Source: Anaerolineae bacterium (GTDB lineage: Bacteria; Chloroflexota; Anaerolineae; Aggregatilineales; UBA3940). From it: a stretch of 64,000 nt of DNA. The notes under the pieces were generated by a model that did no database searches, was not told where the DNA came from, and saw only the letters and a program-made list of their open reading frames with translations. Location of the stretch: positions 18,306 through 82,305 of the forward strand of contig DAOTYF010000043.1 in assembly GCA_034434995.1 (NCBI GenBank), read 5' to 3'. This document shows, one piece after another, positions 37,940-47,479 of the stretch (the stretch's first letter is position 1; every line of letters begins with the position of its first letter). The position numbers and the translations under genes were made by a program.

Positions 37940-39160
37940 GTGAAACGCATCCTCTATTTCCATCATGGTGGCGGGATCGGCGGGGCGCCGTTGAGCCTGC
38001 TATACCTCCTCCAGCGTCTTGACCGAAGCCGCTACGAACCAGTCGTCGTGACCCTGAAGCCCGGCCCGGTAGTAGACCTCTTCCGGTCGGCTGGGATTGA
38101 GACGCACATCGAGCCGGGGATTAGCGACTTCAGTCATACCACTCTGGAGTGGTACGGTGGGCGCGAGTGGTGGCGGTTGCCGGGCAAGCTACTACGTATC
38201 ATGCCTTCCATCCACCGGGCACGTGAGCTTGTGCGGAGCTTTAGCCCTGCCCTCGTTCACCTTAATTCTTCCACATTGGCTCCTTGCGCAGTTGCATGTG
38301 CGCGGGAGAGGATTCCCGTGGTGTGGCACATCCGCGAGCCGCTGGCACAGGGGGTATTCGGTCTGCGCCGTGCCTTGCTCCGGTATGTCATTGATCGTTA
38401 TGCGGATCGGGTGATTGCTATCAGCCAATACGACGCAGAGCAGTTGATCCCCAGCAAACGCATCCACGTGATCTACAACTTCGTGGACTTTGCATTGTTT
38501 GATCGGTCACTCAGCGGTGAGAGAGTGCGGACCGAATTGGGCATCCCGCCCGATGCGCCAGTGGTGGTGATGCTGGGTGGGGCTGCGGAGCCAAAAGGGG
38601 CGCTGATCCTCGTACAGGCGTTTCCGGCACTGCGTGCCGCCGTGCCGGGCGTTCAAGCGATTATAGCTGGGCCGCCGCCCTGCCGTGCTCCCGAACCGGG
38701 GATAAAAGGCATCGCTAAGCGGCTGCTGGGGGCTTACGCTTACGATGAGGCCCTCCTAAGTGCGCTCCGGCAGTGTGATCGGTCGGCCCAGGCCGCGCTG
38801 CACTTCATTGGAATCCGGCAGGACATCCCACCGATCCTGGCGGCTGCAGATTGTCTGGCCTTTCCATCCGTTGTGCCCCACTTTGCGCGGCCCATCATCG
38901 AGGCAGCAGCGATGGGCGTACCGGCAGTCGCCTCCGACCTGGGCGGGCCACGGGAACTGGTGTTGCATGGGGAGACAGGATTGCTTGTGCCCCCTAATGA
39001 CCCTTCGGCTCTCGCCTCGGCTCTCGCCTCAATCCTGAATGATCCGGTTTGGGGGAAAGCGATGGGGGAAATGGCCTATCAGCGCGCTCGTTCTCTCTTC
39101 GATGCGGCGGCAAACGCAGCCGCCACGGTGGCCATGTACGGCGATGTTCTTGGCATCTGA
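37940..39160 (+). CDS. glycosyltransferase family 1 (GT4-type)
   Basis: GTG start. N-terminus MKRILYFHHGGGIGGAPLSL; C-terminal motif FPSVVPHFARPIIEAAAMGVPAVASDLGG. Confidence 0.85.
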   Translation: MKRILYFHHGGGIGGAPLSLLYLLQRLDRSRYEPVVVTLKPGPVVDLFRSAGIETHIEPGISDFSHTTLEWYGGREWWRLPGKLLRIMPSIHRARELVRSFSPALVHLNSSTLAPCAVACARERIPVVWHIREPLAQGVFGLRRALLRYVIDRYADRVIAISQYDAEQLIPSKRIHVIYNFVDFALFDRSLSGERVRTELGIPPDAPVVVMLGGAAEPKGALILVQAFPALRAAVPGVQAIIAGPPPCRAPEPGIKGIAKRLLGAYAYDEALLSALRQCDRSAQAALHFIGIRQDIPPILAAADCLAFPSVVPHFARPIIEAAAMGVPAVASDLGGPRELVLHGETGLLVPPNDPSALASALASILNDPVWGKAMGEMAYQRARSLFDAAANAAATVAMYGDVLGI

Positions 39161-39264
39161 TGCCTTCGTCCTGGGCGCTGCCACCTTCACAACTCAAAAC
39201 CCGAAGAAGTGGTAAACTATGAGATATTGATTCGCCGAAGGTATCGAGAGGCAAACGATAGATC

Positions 39265-41565
39265 GTGTCGTTGGACGCCGCTGTCATGAGTAAGCCCCGA
39301 TCCATTCCCGCCCAGGAAGTGGCGCGAGCAGCCTGGCGGCGCATTCTGCGCGAAGTGCGTGCCCGCACCGCCCCACGCAAGCCCCGTCCAATCAAGATCG
39401 GCTCAAGCATCCAGGAGTTGGCGGCCCAGTTCCCGATGCGGCAAAGTCCGCGCTTCTTCGCCCTGCTGCCAGAACATGCAGCGCTGATCAGCCAGTTCCT
39501 GCCGGATGCTTACTGGACGACTCTTGAGCAAGCTGAACAGATCAAGAAGCATTGTTTTGACCTGCTTGGCTCCGGGCTGATTGAACTGGGTGCCGAGATT
39601 AACTGGCACAGGGATTTCAAGAGCGGGCATACCTGGCCCCTGGAACATCACTCTCGCCTCACGTTAAGCTCCTCCAGGGGTGGGTTTGATGTGAAGGTGC
39701 CCTGGGAGCTAAGTCGATTCCATCATGGGGTGCGCTTGGGACAGGCCTATCTCTATACCCTGGACGAGAGTTTTGCCCAGGAGATTGTCAATCAGATCGG
39801 GCACTGGATCGAGGCCAACCCATATGAGTTTGGTGTTAACTGGGCTGGCCCGATGGATGTGGCGATCCGTGTGGTGAACTGGATCTGGTCGATTTACTGT
39901 GTTATCGAATCGCACGCGCTGACTCCGGACTTTCTGGCGAAATGGCTCGTGAGCCTCCAGCAACATGGTGAGTACCTGCACAAGCACCTCGAAGACGGTT
40001 GGCCACGCACAAATCACCTGATCGCCAACCTCACCGGGCTGGCATATTTAGGGATTCTGTTCCCCGAGTTTCCTGAAGCCGCCAAATGGAAGGAAATCAG
40101 CCTTGCACGACTGTGGGAGGAATTAGAGCGCCAGATTTATCCCGATGGATTGAGTTACGAAGCATCAACTTCTTACCACCGGCTGGTGACAGAGATGTTT
40201 CTCAGCGTGGCGGCGCTGTGTCTAGTCAACGGCATGGAACTGCCGGAGGTAGTGCGGGCACGGCTGGGGCTGATGCTAGACGCGATCATGCACTATACTC
40301 AGCCAGATGGCCTCGCTCCGCAGATCGGCGATGCAGCCAATGACCGCCTGCACATTCTATCTGTACATACCGACCCTGTTCGCACGGCACAGGATCATCG
40401 CCATCTGCTGGCTTTGGGGTCGCTTGTGCTGGAGCGAGAACTCGACGATTGGGCAGGGTTTGTTGACCCCACTGAGCGCGGCTGGTCCCTGGCGGCGGGG
40501 CCAGAGTGGCAGGATGCATTCTGGTTCTTCACATCTGATGCAGCGGCGCGATATAGTGACATCCTGACTCGGATCACACCCCGGCCCGATGTGCATCCCG
40601 ATGACTGGGTGCAGGTGACACCCGGCATGCGCGTCCGAGCGCGGGTGCTTCCGCGCCACCCGATCCCGACCAACAGCTTCGCCACATCGCGCGAATTTGA
40701 AGCAAGTGGCCTCTATGTTCTGCGTCATGGTGATGGATTCCACATGACGATTGATGCGGGTGATGTTGGGCAGCAGGGGGCAGGTGGACACGCCCATAAT
40801 GACACGTTGAGCCTGACACTGTGCGCTTATGGGATCACTTTCCTGATCGATCCCGGCAGCTATTTGTACACTGCTGATCCAGAGATGAGGAATACCTTCC
40901 GGGGGACGGCCTATCACAACACACTTCAGGTAGGCAAAGAGGAGATCAATCGGCTACCCGACCGGGAGATGTTCCGCCTGAGCGATGACGCTCGTGTGAC
41001 TCTGCACCGGTGGGTTTCCCAAGATGGCTATGATCTGTTTGACGCTTCGCATGATGGATATGCTAGGTTAGAAGTCGGTGTAACCCACCGCCGCCAAGTG
41101 TGGTTTGACAAGACGGCTGGACTGTGGATATTACACGATCAGGTGTTACCGACCACCAAGAGAGGGGGGGAGGATGGGACGGGAACGGAGAATCCCGAGA
41201 TCGATCTGACAGTGAGTTTCCACTTTGCGCCATTTCCTGTGCGTCTGGATCGGACAAACAATGCGATCCAGTGCGAGACTGGCAACGGCAACGGGAATCT
41301 GCTGATCCTTCCCCTAGGCGATTTCCCTCTTAGGGCCTCGCTTGAAGATGCCTGGTATTCCCCCCGCTACGGAGTGCGAGAGCGTGCCCCAGTTGCCAAA
41401 TTTGTCGGGCGTGTTAAACTTCCCGCCGACCTGGTGTTGCTGCTGTATCCGCACCACGGAACGCCGGACATCCAGACCGCGCGCGGGGCCGGGCGAACCG
41501 CGCTGCTGAACCTTCGCAAAACGCTCAGCCCACTCACCCGACCTGCAGCACGCGCTGGGCGTTGA
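39265..41565 (+). CDS. heparinase II/III-like family protein (alginate-lyase-type toroid plus heparinase II/III C-terminal domain)
   Basis: WPRTNHLIANLTGLAYLG and GGHAHNDTLSLTL are signatures of the family. No signal peptide is recognisable. Start is GTG 39265 or ATG 39286. Confidence 0.75.
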   Translation: MSLDAAVMSKPRSIPAQEVARAAWRRILREVRARTAPRKPRPIKIGSSIQELAAQFPMRQSPRFFALLPEHAALISQFLPDAYWTTLEQAEQIKKHCFDLLGSGLIELGAEINWHRDFKSGHTWPLEHHSRLTLSSSRGGFDVKVPWELSRFHHGVRLGQAYLYTLDESFAQEIVNQIGHWIEANPYEFGVNWAGPMDVAIRVVNWIWSIYCVIESHALTPDFLAKWLVSLQQHGEYLHKHLEDGWPRTNHLIANLTGLAYLGILFPEFPEAAKWKEISLARLWEELERQIYPDGLSYEASTSYHRLVTEMFLSVAALCLVNGMELPEVVRARLGLMLDAIMHYTQPDGLAPQIGDAANDRLHILSVHTDPVRTAQDHRHLLALGSLVLERELDDWAGFVDPTERGWSLAAGPEWQDAFWFFTSDAAARYSDILTRITPRPDVHPDDWVQVTPGMRVRARVLPRHPIPTNSFATSREFEASGLYVLRHGDGFHMTIDAGDVGQQGAGGHAHNDTLSLTLCAYGITFLIDPGSYLYTADPEMRNTFRGTAYHNTLQVGKEEINRLPDREMFRLSDDARVTLHRWVSQDGYDLFDASHDGYARLEVGVTHRRQVWFDKTAGLWILHDQVLPTTKRGGEDGTGTENPEIDLTVSFHFAPFPVRLDRTNNAIQCETGNGNGNLLILPLGDFPLRASLEDAWYSPRYGVRERAPVAKFVGRVKLPADLVLLLYPHHGTPDIQTARGAGRTALLNLRKTLSPLTRPAARAGR

Positions 41566-41655
41566 CCCCAAACTGCCAGAGGCATTGCTATCGTACCAGC
41601 GGCGGATGCTGGTCATCCGGCGATATATTTCTCCTGTGACCTTGCTCAAGCTCTC

Positions 41656-43779
41656 ATGAAACAGGTTTTTTTTGATGGCAAAGGTAAGCTGATGGTGCAG
41701 GAAGTCCCTATCCCAGGCATACCTGCCAACGGTGCGCTGGTAAAGGTCTACGCCTCGCTGATCTCCAGCGGAACCGAGACCAGCCAGGCGGCTGGAGGTG
41801 GTAGCCTGATCCGCAAGGCGCTGAGCCAGCCAGAGCTGATCGGGCGGGCGGTGGAATTGGCGCTGCGAGAGGGGATTGGGGCCACAGCGGGCGCGATTCA
41901 CAATGTATCTAGCGCATGGTTCCCAGCGGGCTATAGCGCAGCGGGTGTTGTGGTTGAGCCGGGTCCGGGCTTAGTGGGGCTGCGCGCAGGAGATCGGGTA
42001 GCTTGCGGGGGAGCGGGCTTTGCCAACCACGCTGAATATAACGCTGTGCCGCAGAACCTGCTGGCTCCGATTCCTCAAGGTGTAACCTACCGTCAGGCAG
42101 CGTTTACGATGGTCGGAGCAATTGCCTTGCAAGGTGTGCGCCGTGCTGAGGCGGTGCTGGGGGAGACAGTAGTTGTGGTTGGGCTGGGGCTGATCGGCCA
42201 GATCACCGCACAGTTGCTTAACTCAGCAGGATGTAGGGTGATTGGATCGGACCCCGTTGAGGTACGGCGCAAGCTGGCGGCTCAACTGGCCGGTGCACAA
42301 ACTATTGATCCGTCCCTGGGTGATGGTGCTGAGCAGGTTATGGAGCTGACAAGGGGCGTCGGCGCGGATAGGGTTATCCTGTGCGCAGCGACCCGCAGCA
42401 GTGAGCCGACTAATCAAGCATTCAGAATGTGCCGCGAGCGCGGGCGTGTGGTGATGGTTGGCGCGATGGGGATGGATCTGGAGCGCTCCGACTTCTATAG
42501 GCGGGAACTGGACTTCGTGATCTCTCGCTCGGCGGGGCCGGGCCGCTACGATCAAAACTACGAGGAACGGGCGGTTGATTATCCACTTGGCTATGTACGG
42601 TGGACGGAACAACGCAATATGGCTGCGTTCCTCAATCTGATAGCGGATGGCAAACTTGACCTAGACTCGCTGGTTTCTGCCGAGTATCCCGTTGACGAAG
42701 CAGGCGATGCCTATCAGGCCGTGCAGAGGGGAGCGCTGGGCGTGCTACTGACCTACGGCCCGCCCGCAACTGGGGTACAGCCGCGGGCGGTTGTTCAATA
42801 TGCACGGGGTGATAGGATCAGGAAGGACCGCATTGGCATTGCGCTGATCGGTGCGGGGAACTTTGCCCGCGTCACTCATATTCCAAACATCCAGCGCAGC
42901 TCGCGGTTTGACTTGACGGCAATTGTCAGTGGTAGTGAATCGGCTGCCCAAGTGGCTCAGCGTGAGAGGGTTGCCATAGCTACCTCTGATCTGGAAGCAG
43001 CACTGGCTGATGAGCGTGTAGAGGCGGTGTTGATCTCAACCCGCCACTGCCTGCACGCAGCACAGGCTGTCGCGGCCCTGAAAGCGGGGAAGCATGTCTT
43101 CGTTGAAAAGCCGATGGCGCTCAGCATTGAGGATTGCAGTGCCATGCTCGATGCAGCCAATCAGGCAGGTGTGCTGTTGACGGTCGGTTTCAACCGCCGC
43201 GCCGCACCGACAGCCCGTGCCCTAAAAGCAGCATTGGTGGCGATTCAAGGGCCGAAGACGCTCCTATTTAGAGTCAATGCTGGCAAGCTCGCAGAAACGC
43301 ACTGGCTGAACGATCCCCTGGTAGGAGGCGGACGTTTGCTGGGTGAGGGTGTCCATTTCATAGATTTCCTGTGTGGAATGGTCGATGCAGAACCGGATGT
43401 CGTGATTGCACAGGGCAATCCCGATTGGCAAGAATTTGTGTTGACAATGCGCTTCGCCGATGAGTCCCTGGGCACGGTGATCTACACTTCGCGTGGTGAT
43501 GTGGCCTTACCCAAAGAACGGCTGGAGGTGTTTGCGGGGAGTGGCGTAGCGGTGCTAGACGACTTCCGGAGCCTTACCTTTACAGGAATGCGTGGAACGC
43601 CAGTGCGGGGTGGTCAGGACAAGGGACATCGTTTACTGTTGGACAACTTCGGGGATGCCATCCAGGGGAAGGTAGACCTCATCGTCACAGGGCGCGATGG
43701 CCTGCGCGCAACGCGGATCGCGCTGGCGGCAATGGAAAGCATCCGTACGGGTCGGGCCATTTTTCTACGCCATGGCTGA
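41656..43779 (+). CDS. bi-domain oxidoreductase (Zn-ADH/MDR-like N-terminal half plus Gfo/Idh/MocA C-terminal half)
   Basis: The N-terminal half has VKVYASLISSGTE and VVVVGLGLIGQITAQ. The C-terminal half has IGIALIGAGNFARVTHIPN and KHVFVEKP. Confidence 0.8.
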   Translation: MKQVFFDGKGKLMVQEVPIPGIPANGALVKVYASLISSGTETSQAAGGGSLIRKALSQPELIGRAVELALREGIGATAGAIHNVSSAWFPAGYSAAGVVVEPGPGLVGLRAGDRVACGGAGFANHAEYNAVPQNLLAPIPQGVTYRQAAFTMVGAIALQGVRRAEAVLGETVVVVGLGLIGQITAQLLNSAGCRVIGSDPVEVRRKLAAQLAGAQTIDPSLGDGAEQVMELTRGVGADRVILCAATRSSEPTNQAFRMCRERGRVVMVGAMGMDLERSDFYRRELDFVISRSAGPGRYDQNYEERAVDYPLGYVRWTEQRNMAAFLNLIADGKLDLDSLVSAEYPVDEAGDAYQAVQRGALGVLLTYGPPATGVQPRAVVQYARGDRIRKDRIGIALIGAGNFARVTHIPNIQRSSRFDLTAIVSGSESAAQVAQRERVAIATSDLEAALADERVEAVLISTRHCLHAAQAVAALKAGKHVFVEKPMALSIEDCSAMLDAANQAGVLLTVGFNRRAAPTARALKAALVAIQGPKTLLFRVNAGKLAETHWLNDPLVGGGRLLGEGVHFIDFLCGMVDAEPDVVIAQGNPDWQEFVLTMRFADESLGTVIYTSRGDVALPKERLEVFAGSGVAVLDDFRSLTFTGMRGTPVRGGQDKGHRLLLDNFGDAIQGKVDLIVTGRDGLRATRIALAAMESIRTGRAIFLRHG

Positions 43780-43812
43780 CCAGGATCGGAAATTCCGCAG
43801 CCTCGATCATCT

Positions 43813-44985
43813 ATGATGGCAGGTCACGATTTTATCATCCTCTCGACGCAGGATTGGGAAGCCCTACCGACTCGCAAACAGCGCTTTGCACGATGGTGGG
43901 CCGAAGCAGGCAACCGAGTCTTGTATGTCGAGCAGCAGATGCACTGGCTTGGCTGGGTGGTAGACGTTCGTCGGCAGTACACCCGGTTGTGGCGTTGGCT
44001 CAAAGGGCCGCGCCGGGTTGCGTCCAACTTGTGGGTCTATACCCTGCCTCTGGTACTTCCTTTCTTTCAGATGGTCGGGGCGATCAACTGGATTAATAAC
44101 TTGTTTCTACTACCTGTTCTGCGCGTACAGCTTCGACAGCTTGGTTTCGCCCAGCCGATTCTCTGGACATACACGCCCCACTCTGTGGACTTCATCGGCA
44201 GGCTAGGGGAACAGGCGGCGGTGTACGAATGCGTGGATGACTTCACGTCAGCTAAGGGACTGGTCGATCCAGAGGCGATCCAGCGGATGGAGCAGCGGCT
44301 GATCGAGGCAGTTGATTTGTTGATCGTGACCTCCGATGCCTTGCTGCACAGCAAACAGAGAGCAGCACGGCGTGCCGTCTTGATCCCGAACGGCGTGGAG
44401 GCAGATCACTTCGCGCGGACCGCCGACTCAACTCTGCCTGTCGCAGAGACCCTAGCTGGCCTGCAACATCCCGTGATTGGCTACCTGGGAACTCTCAACT
44501 ACTGGATCGATACTGACCTGCTGGCCCAGATCGCCAAGGCACATCCTGACTGGACACTCGTCCACGTCGGCCCCCGCGACCTGCTGGCAAGGATGGCTCC
44601 CCTGGAGGGCCTACCCAACTTCGTCTCAACGGGGCGGGTTCCCTACGAAGAGCTTCCACGCTACATCAAGGCGTTTGATGTGTGCGTCAATCCCTATGTG
44701 CGTGATGGAGTGGCTGAGCATTGTAGCCCTCTCAAATTATATGAATACATTGCCACTGGTAAGCCTGTGGTTTCGGTTGATATGCCTGAGGCACGGAAGT
44801 TCAAAGACCTGATCCATATCGCCCAGGATGCAGATCATTTTCTGGCCCTGGTGGAGCAGGCAGTTCAGACAGACGATGGGCTTGCCGAGCGCCGGTTAGC
44901 AGAAGCGCAACGCCACACCTGGCGCAGCCGGTTTGCGGCTGCTGCATCGCAACTGGCTGAGGTGCTCAGAGAGCGCGCTCTATGA
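43813..44985 (+). CDS. glycosyltransferase family 1 (TuaH-like)
   Basis: DFIILSTQDWEALPTRKQRFARWWAEAGNRVLYVE is a TuaH-type N-terminus. The CSPLKLYEYIATGKPVVS motif is present. Confidence 0.75.
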   Translation: MMAGHDFIILSTQDWEALPTRKQRFARWWAEAGNRVLYVEQQMHWLGWVVDVRRQYTRLWRWLKGPRRVASNLWVYTLPLVLPFFQMVGAINWINNLFLLPVLRVQLRQLGFAQPILWTYTPHSVDFIGRLGEQAAVYECVDDFTSAKGLVDPEAIQRMEQRLIEAVDLLIVTSDALLHSKQRAARRAVLIPNGVEADHFARTADSTLPVAETLAGLQHPVIGYLGTLNYWIDTDLLAQIAKAHPDWTLVHVGPRDLLARMAPLEGLPNFVSTGRVPYEELPRYIKAFDVCVNPYVRDGVAEHCSPLKLYEYIATGKPVVSVDMPEARKFKDLIHIAQDADHFLALVEQAVQTDDGLAERRLAEAQRHTWRSRFAAAASQLAEVLRERAL

Positions 44986-45767
44986 AGAAGCGTTCGATCA
45001 TCACTGCTCAGGTGGACAGTATCCCAAGCCGGGTGCTGATTATCATCCCCGCCTACAACGAAGAAGAGAGCTTGGGGCGTGTCCTTCGCAAAACCCGCGA
45101 GGCTATGCCGGAGGCGGACATCATCGTCATCAACGATGGTTCCACTGACGCTACCCCACACATCGCTGAGGGCTATGGGGCTGTCGTGTTGAGCCTGCCC
45201 TTTAATCTAGGAATCGGCTCGGCTATGCAGGCGGGATTCATGTACGCGCGTGAGCGCTCCTATCATGTCGCTGTGCAGGTCGACGGGGATGGTCAGCACG
45301 ATCCTGGCGAAATCCCCCAGCTCATCTGTGCACTGGAAACAACCAATGCCGATGTGGTGATCGGCTCGCGGTACATCGAGGATCGGGGGTACATCACTCC
45401 CTGGCCACGGCGGCTGGGGATCGTCGTGCTCTCGGCACTGATCACGATCTTCATTGGCAAACGGATCACTGATCCCACCTCCGGCTTTCGGGCACTGAGC
45501 CGGCGTGCCATTGACTTCTGCGCCGTCGACTATCCGTTTGACTACCCCGAACCGGAGTCGGTGGTTCTGTTCACCAGGGCAGGGCTGAGGGTCTTGGAAA
45601 TCCCTGTGACGATGAATCCCCGCTATGGTGGGCAGTCGTCGATCACGCCACTGCGTTCGGCCTACTACATGATCAAAGTGATTCTGGCAATCATCATCGA
45701 CTTGTTGCGCGAGCGCCCGCAGGCTCCAGGGGAGATTCACCATGTTCAACTCGATCACCCGTCCTGA
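44982..45767 (+). CDS. glycosyltransferase family 2, polyprenol-phosphate sugar synthase (DPM1/GtrB)-like
   Basis: ATGA overlap with the upstream stop. VLIIIPAYNEEESLG, IIVINDGSTDAT, VQVDGDGQHDP and TSGFRA are present. Confidence 0.85.
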   Translation: MKKRSIITAQVDSIPSRVLIIIPAYNEEESLGRVLRKTREAMPEADIIVINDGSTDATPHIAEGYGAVVLSLPFNLGIGSAMQAGFMYARERSYHVAVQVDGDGQHDPGEIPQLICALETTNADVVIGSRYIEDRGYITPWPRRLGIVVLSALITIFIGKRITDPTSGFRALSRRAIDFCAVDYPFDYPEPESVVLFTRAGLRVLEIPVTMNPRYGGQSSITPLRSAYYMIKVILAIIIDLLRERPQAPGEIHHVQLDHPS

Positions 45768-46125
45768 GTTACTGATGATACTCGCGCCAGCCGTGCTGCT
45801 CGTGATGGTGCTGGAAATGGTCCGTAGGCGCCGCCTGCGCGAAGATTATTCCCTGCTATGGCTGGCGACATTTAGCGTGCTGGTGTTCCTATCGCTCTTC
45901 CGCGACAGTCTCCTGTTCCGCATCGCAGAGTTGATGGGCATCCGCTATCCACCCACGGCGCTGTTTGTAATCGGCTTTGGGCTGCTCCTGCTGCTCCTGC
46001 TTCAATTTTCAGCAGTGATCACCAAGCTCTCCCGGCAGAACAAGCAAGCGGCCCAGCACATCGCCCTGTTGGGTGCGCGCATCCGTGAGCTTGAGAAACG
46101 CCTGGACGCTCAAGAGAAGCACTAG
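45742..46125 (+). CDS. small membrane protein, DUF2304-like
   Basis: 127 aa with three hydrophobic segments, VRRRRLREDYSLLWL, and a C-terminal coiled-coil-like tail. It sits directly after a GT2, which is the usual context for this family. Confidence 0.7.
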   Translation: MFNSITRPELLMILAPAVLLVMVLEMVRRRRLREDYSLLWLATFSVLVFLSLFRDSLLFRIAELMGIRYPPTALFVIGFGLLLLLLLQFSAVITKLSRQNKQAAQHIALLGARIRELEKRLDAQEKH

Positions 46126-46135
46126 AGACGATCCT

Positions 46136-47479
46136 GTGGTCGGCCTGTCGAAGCTCAAGCAGAATGGATTTGTCTGGGCAGCCCTGGTAGTAGCCCTGAC
46201 TCTGCGCCTGGTTGTGGTATTTACAGCCTATGCCAGTGCTGAGCCGCATACCAGCGACGCCTTGTACTACATCCTGGTTGCCATAGAACCTGTCCGGCTG
46301 ATCGCCCGCTCAGATGCCGCGGTCAAGGCGATTGGCCCCCTCTACCCTCTCTTCCTCGTCCCATTTTTCCATTTGATCCCGGAAAGGGCTGCCACTACCC
46401 AGTTGATCGCGGTACGGGTGGCGCAGGCCCTTCTTGACACCGTAGCAGTAGGACTGGTTTACCTACTAGCGCGTGCTGCGTTCGGGGAGCGGGTGGGGCG
46501 TCTGGCGCTGGTAGTGCAGGCAACGGATGCACGCTATCTATTCCAGGCTGGGGCGATAGCGACGGAAACGCTGTTCATCGCGTTGTTTGTGGCGTTCATG
46601 CTGTCATATACCTTGGCGATCCAGCGCGCCGACCTGGGCAAGTATCGATGGGCAGGTGTGTTACTGGGCCTTGCCATTCTCACCCGGCCTGTACCGCTTC
46701 TGTTTCCCGTTGCTCTTGCTGTGTTGGCATGGTTGCGCCCACAGGCGCGCCTGTGGAAGGGTCTGGTTTGGATGACGGTGATGATGCTGGTTATTGTGCT
46801 GCCCTGGATCATCCGTACCCTTGTTGTGACGGGGGAGCCGATCCCTATCGCCACGACGGCCTTCAGCCACCTATGGCTTGCTAGCCGGGAAGATGGTCGT
46901 GAACTGGGTGGTCAGTCGTGGGAACAGGCAGCGGTTCAGGAGGCCGGCGAGGAGGGAGTGGATACCGCCATCGCGGATCTTTCTGGCGAAGAATATGTCA
47001 CAACCAGCGTGCGTAACATTCTGGCAGCCCCTGGGCAGTGGATTGGGCGTATCGTGGGGGACACAGTGCGTGCCTATCTGCAACCTTATGGGACTCACTT
47101 TCTTCTTGATCCCTCCTCAACCGGTGTCAAGGATTCGCTGAGGGACTTCCTGAATGGGCGCACGTCGCTGTCCCAATTGCTGGCGATACCGGGCTTCGGT
47201 CGGCGGGTGCTCATGTACTTGTGGCACTTCTGGGGGCTGGCAGGCGGAGTGGTGGGCGCGGTGTGGATGGGGCATGATAGGCGCTGGAATGCTCTGCCTC
47301 TGGTGTGGTGGATCGCCTATGGCACACTTGTGTCTGCACCCCTTCTGGTTGAGCCGCGCTACTTGTTCCCGCTGATGTTTGCCTACACCATCCTTGCGGC
47401 CTATGCAACGGTCCAAGGATGGGATGCTCTGTGGCGGCACGCTGTGGCCCGGCAAGCGCCCCCACAGGAGCACGGCTGA
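46136..47479 (+). CDS. GT-C membrane glycosyltransferase, PMT_2/ArnT (GT39/GT83)-like
   Basis: GTG 46136 lies just after the DUF2304 stop; ORF-track ATG 46073 would overlap that gene by 53 nt. More than 9 TM segments, with EPHTSDALYY as the acidic first loop and LAILTRPVPLLF present. Confidence 0.7.
   Translation: MVGLSKLKQNGFVWAALVVALTLRLVVVFTAYASAEPHTSDALYYILVAIEPVRLIARSDAAVKAIGPLYPLFLVPFFHLIPERAATTQLIAVRVAQALLDTVAVGLVYLLARAAFGERVGRLALVVQATDARYLFQAGAIATETLFIALFVAFMLSYTLAIQRADLGKYRWAGVLLGLAILTRPVPLLFPVALAVLAWLRPQARLWKGLVWMTVMMLVIVLPWIIRTLVVTGEPIPIATTAFSHLWLASREDGRELGGQSWEQAAVQEAGEEGVDTAIADLSGEEYVTTSVRNILAAPGQWIGRIVGDTVRAYLQPYGTHFLLDPSSTGVKDSLRDFLNGRTSLSQLLAIPGFGRRVLMYLWHFWGLAGGVVGAVWMGHDRRWNALPLVWWIAYGTLVSAPLLVEPRYLFPLMFAYTILAAYATVQGWDALWRHAVARQAPPQEHG

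Noticed and set aside
39265-41565. Reading the heparinase II/III-like gene as evidence of a polysaccharide-utilisation (catabolic) locus.
   Set aside because: There is no signal peptide and there are no transporters, binding proteins or sugar-catabolic genes nearby. The gene is embedded co-directionally among glycosyltransferases.
41666-41673. A T8 run in codons 4-6 of the bi-domain oxidoreductase, considered as a phase-variation tract.
   Set aside because: It is in frame (GTT TTT TTT = V F F) in an intact gene. It is shorter than typical switching tracts, and there is no alternative-frame continuation of interest.
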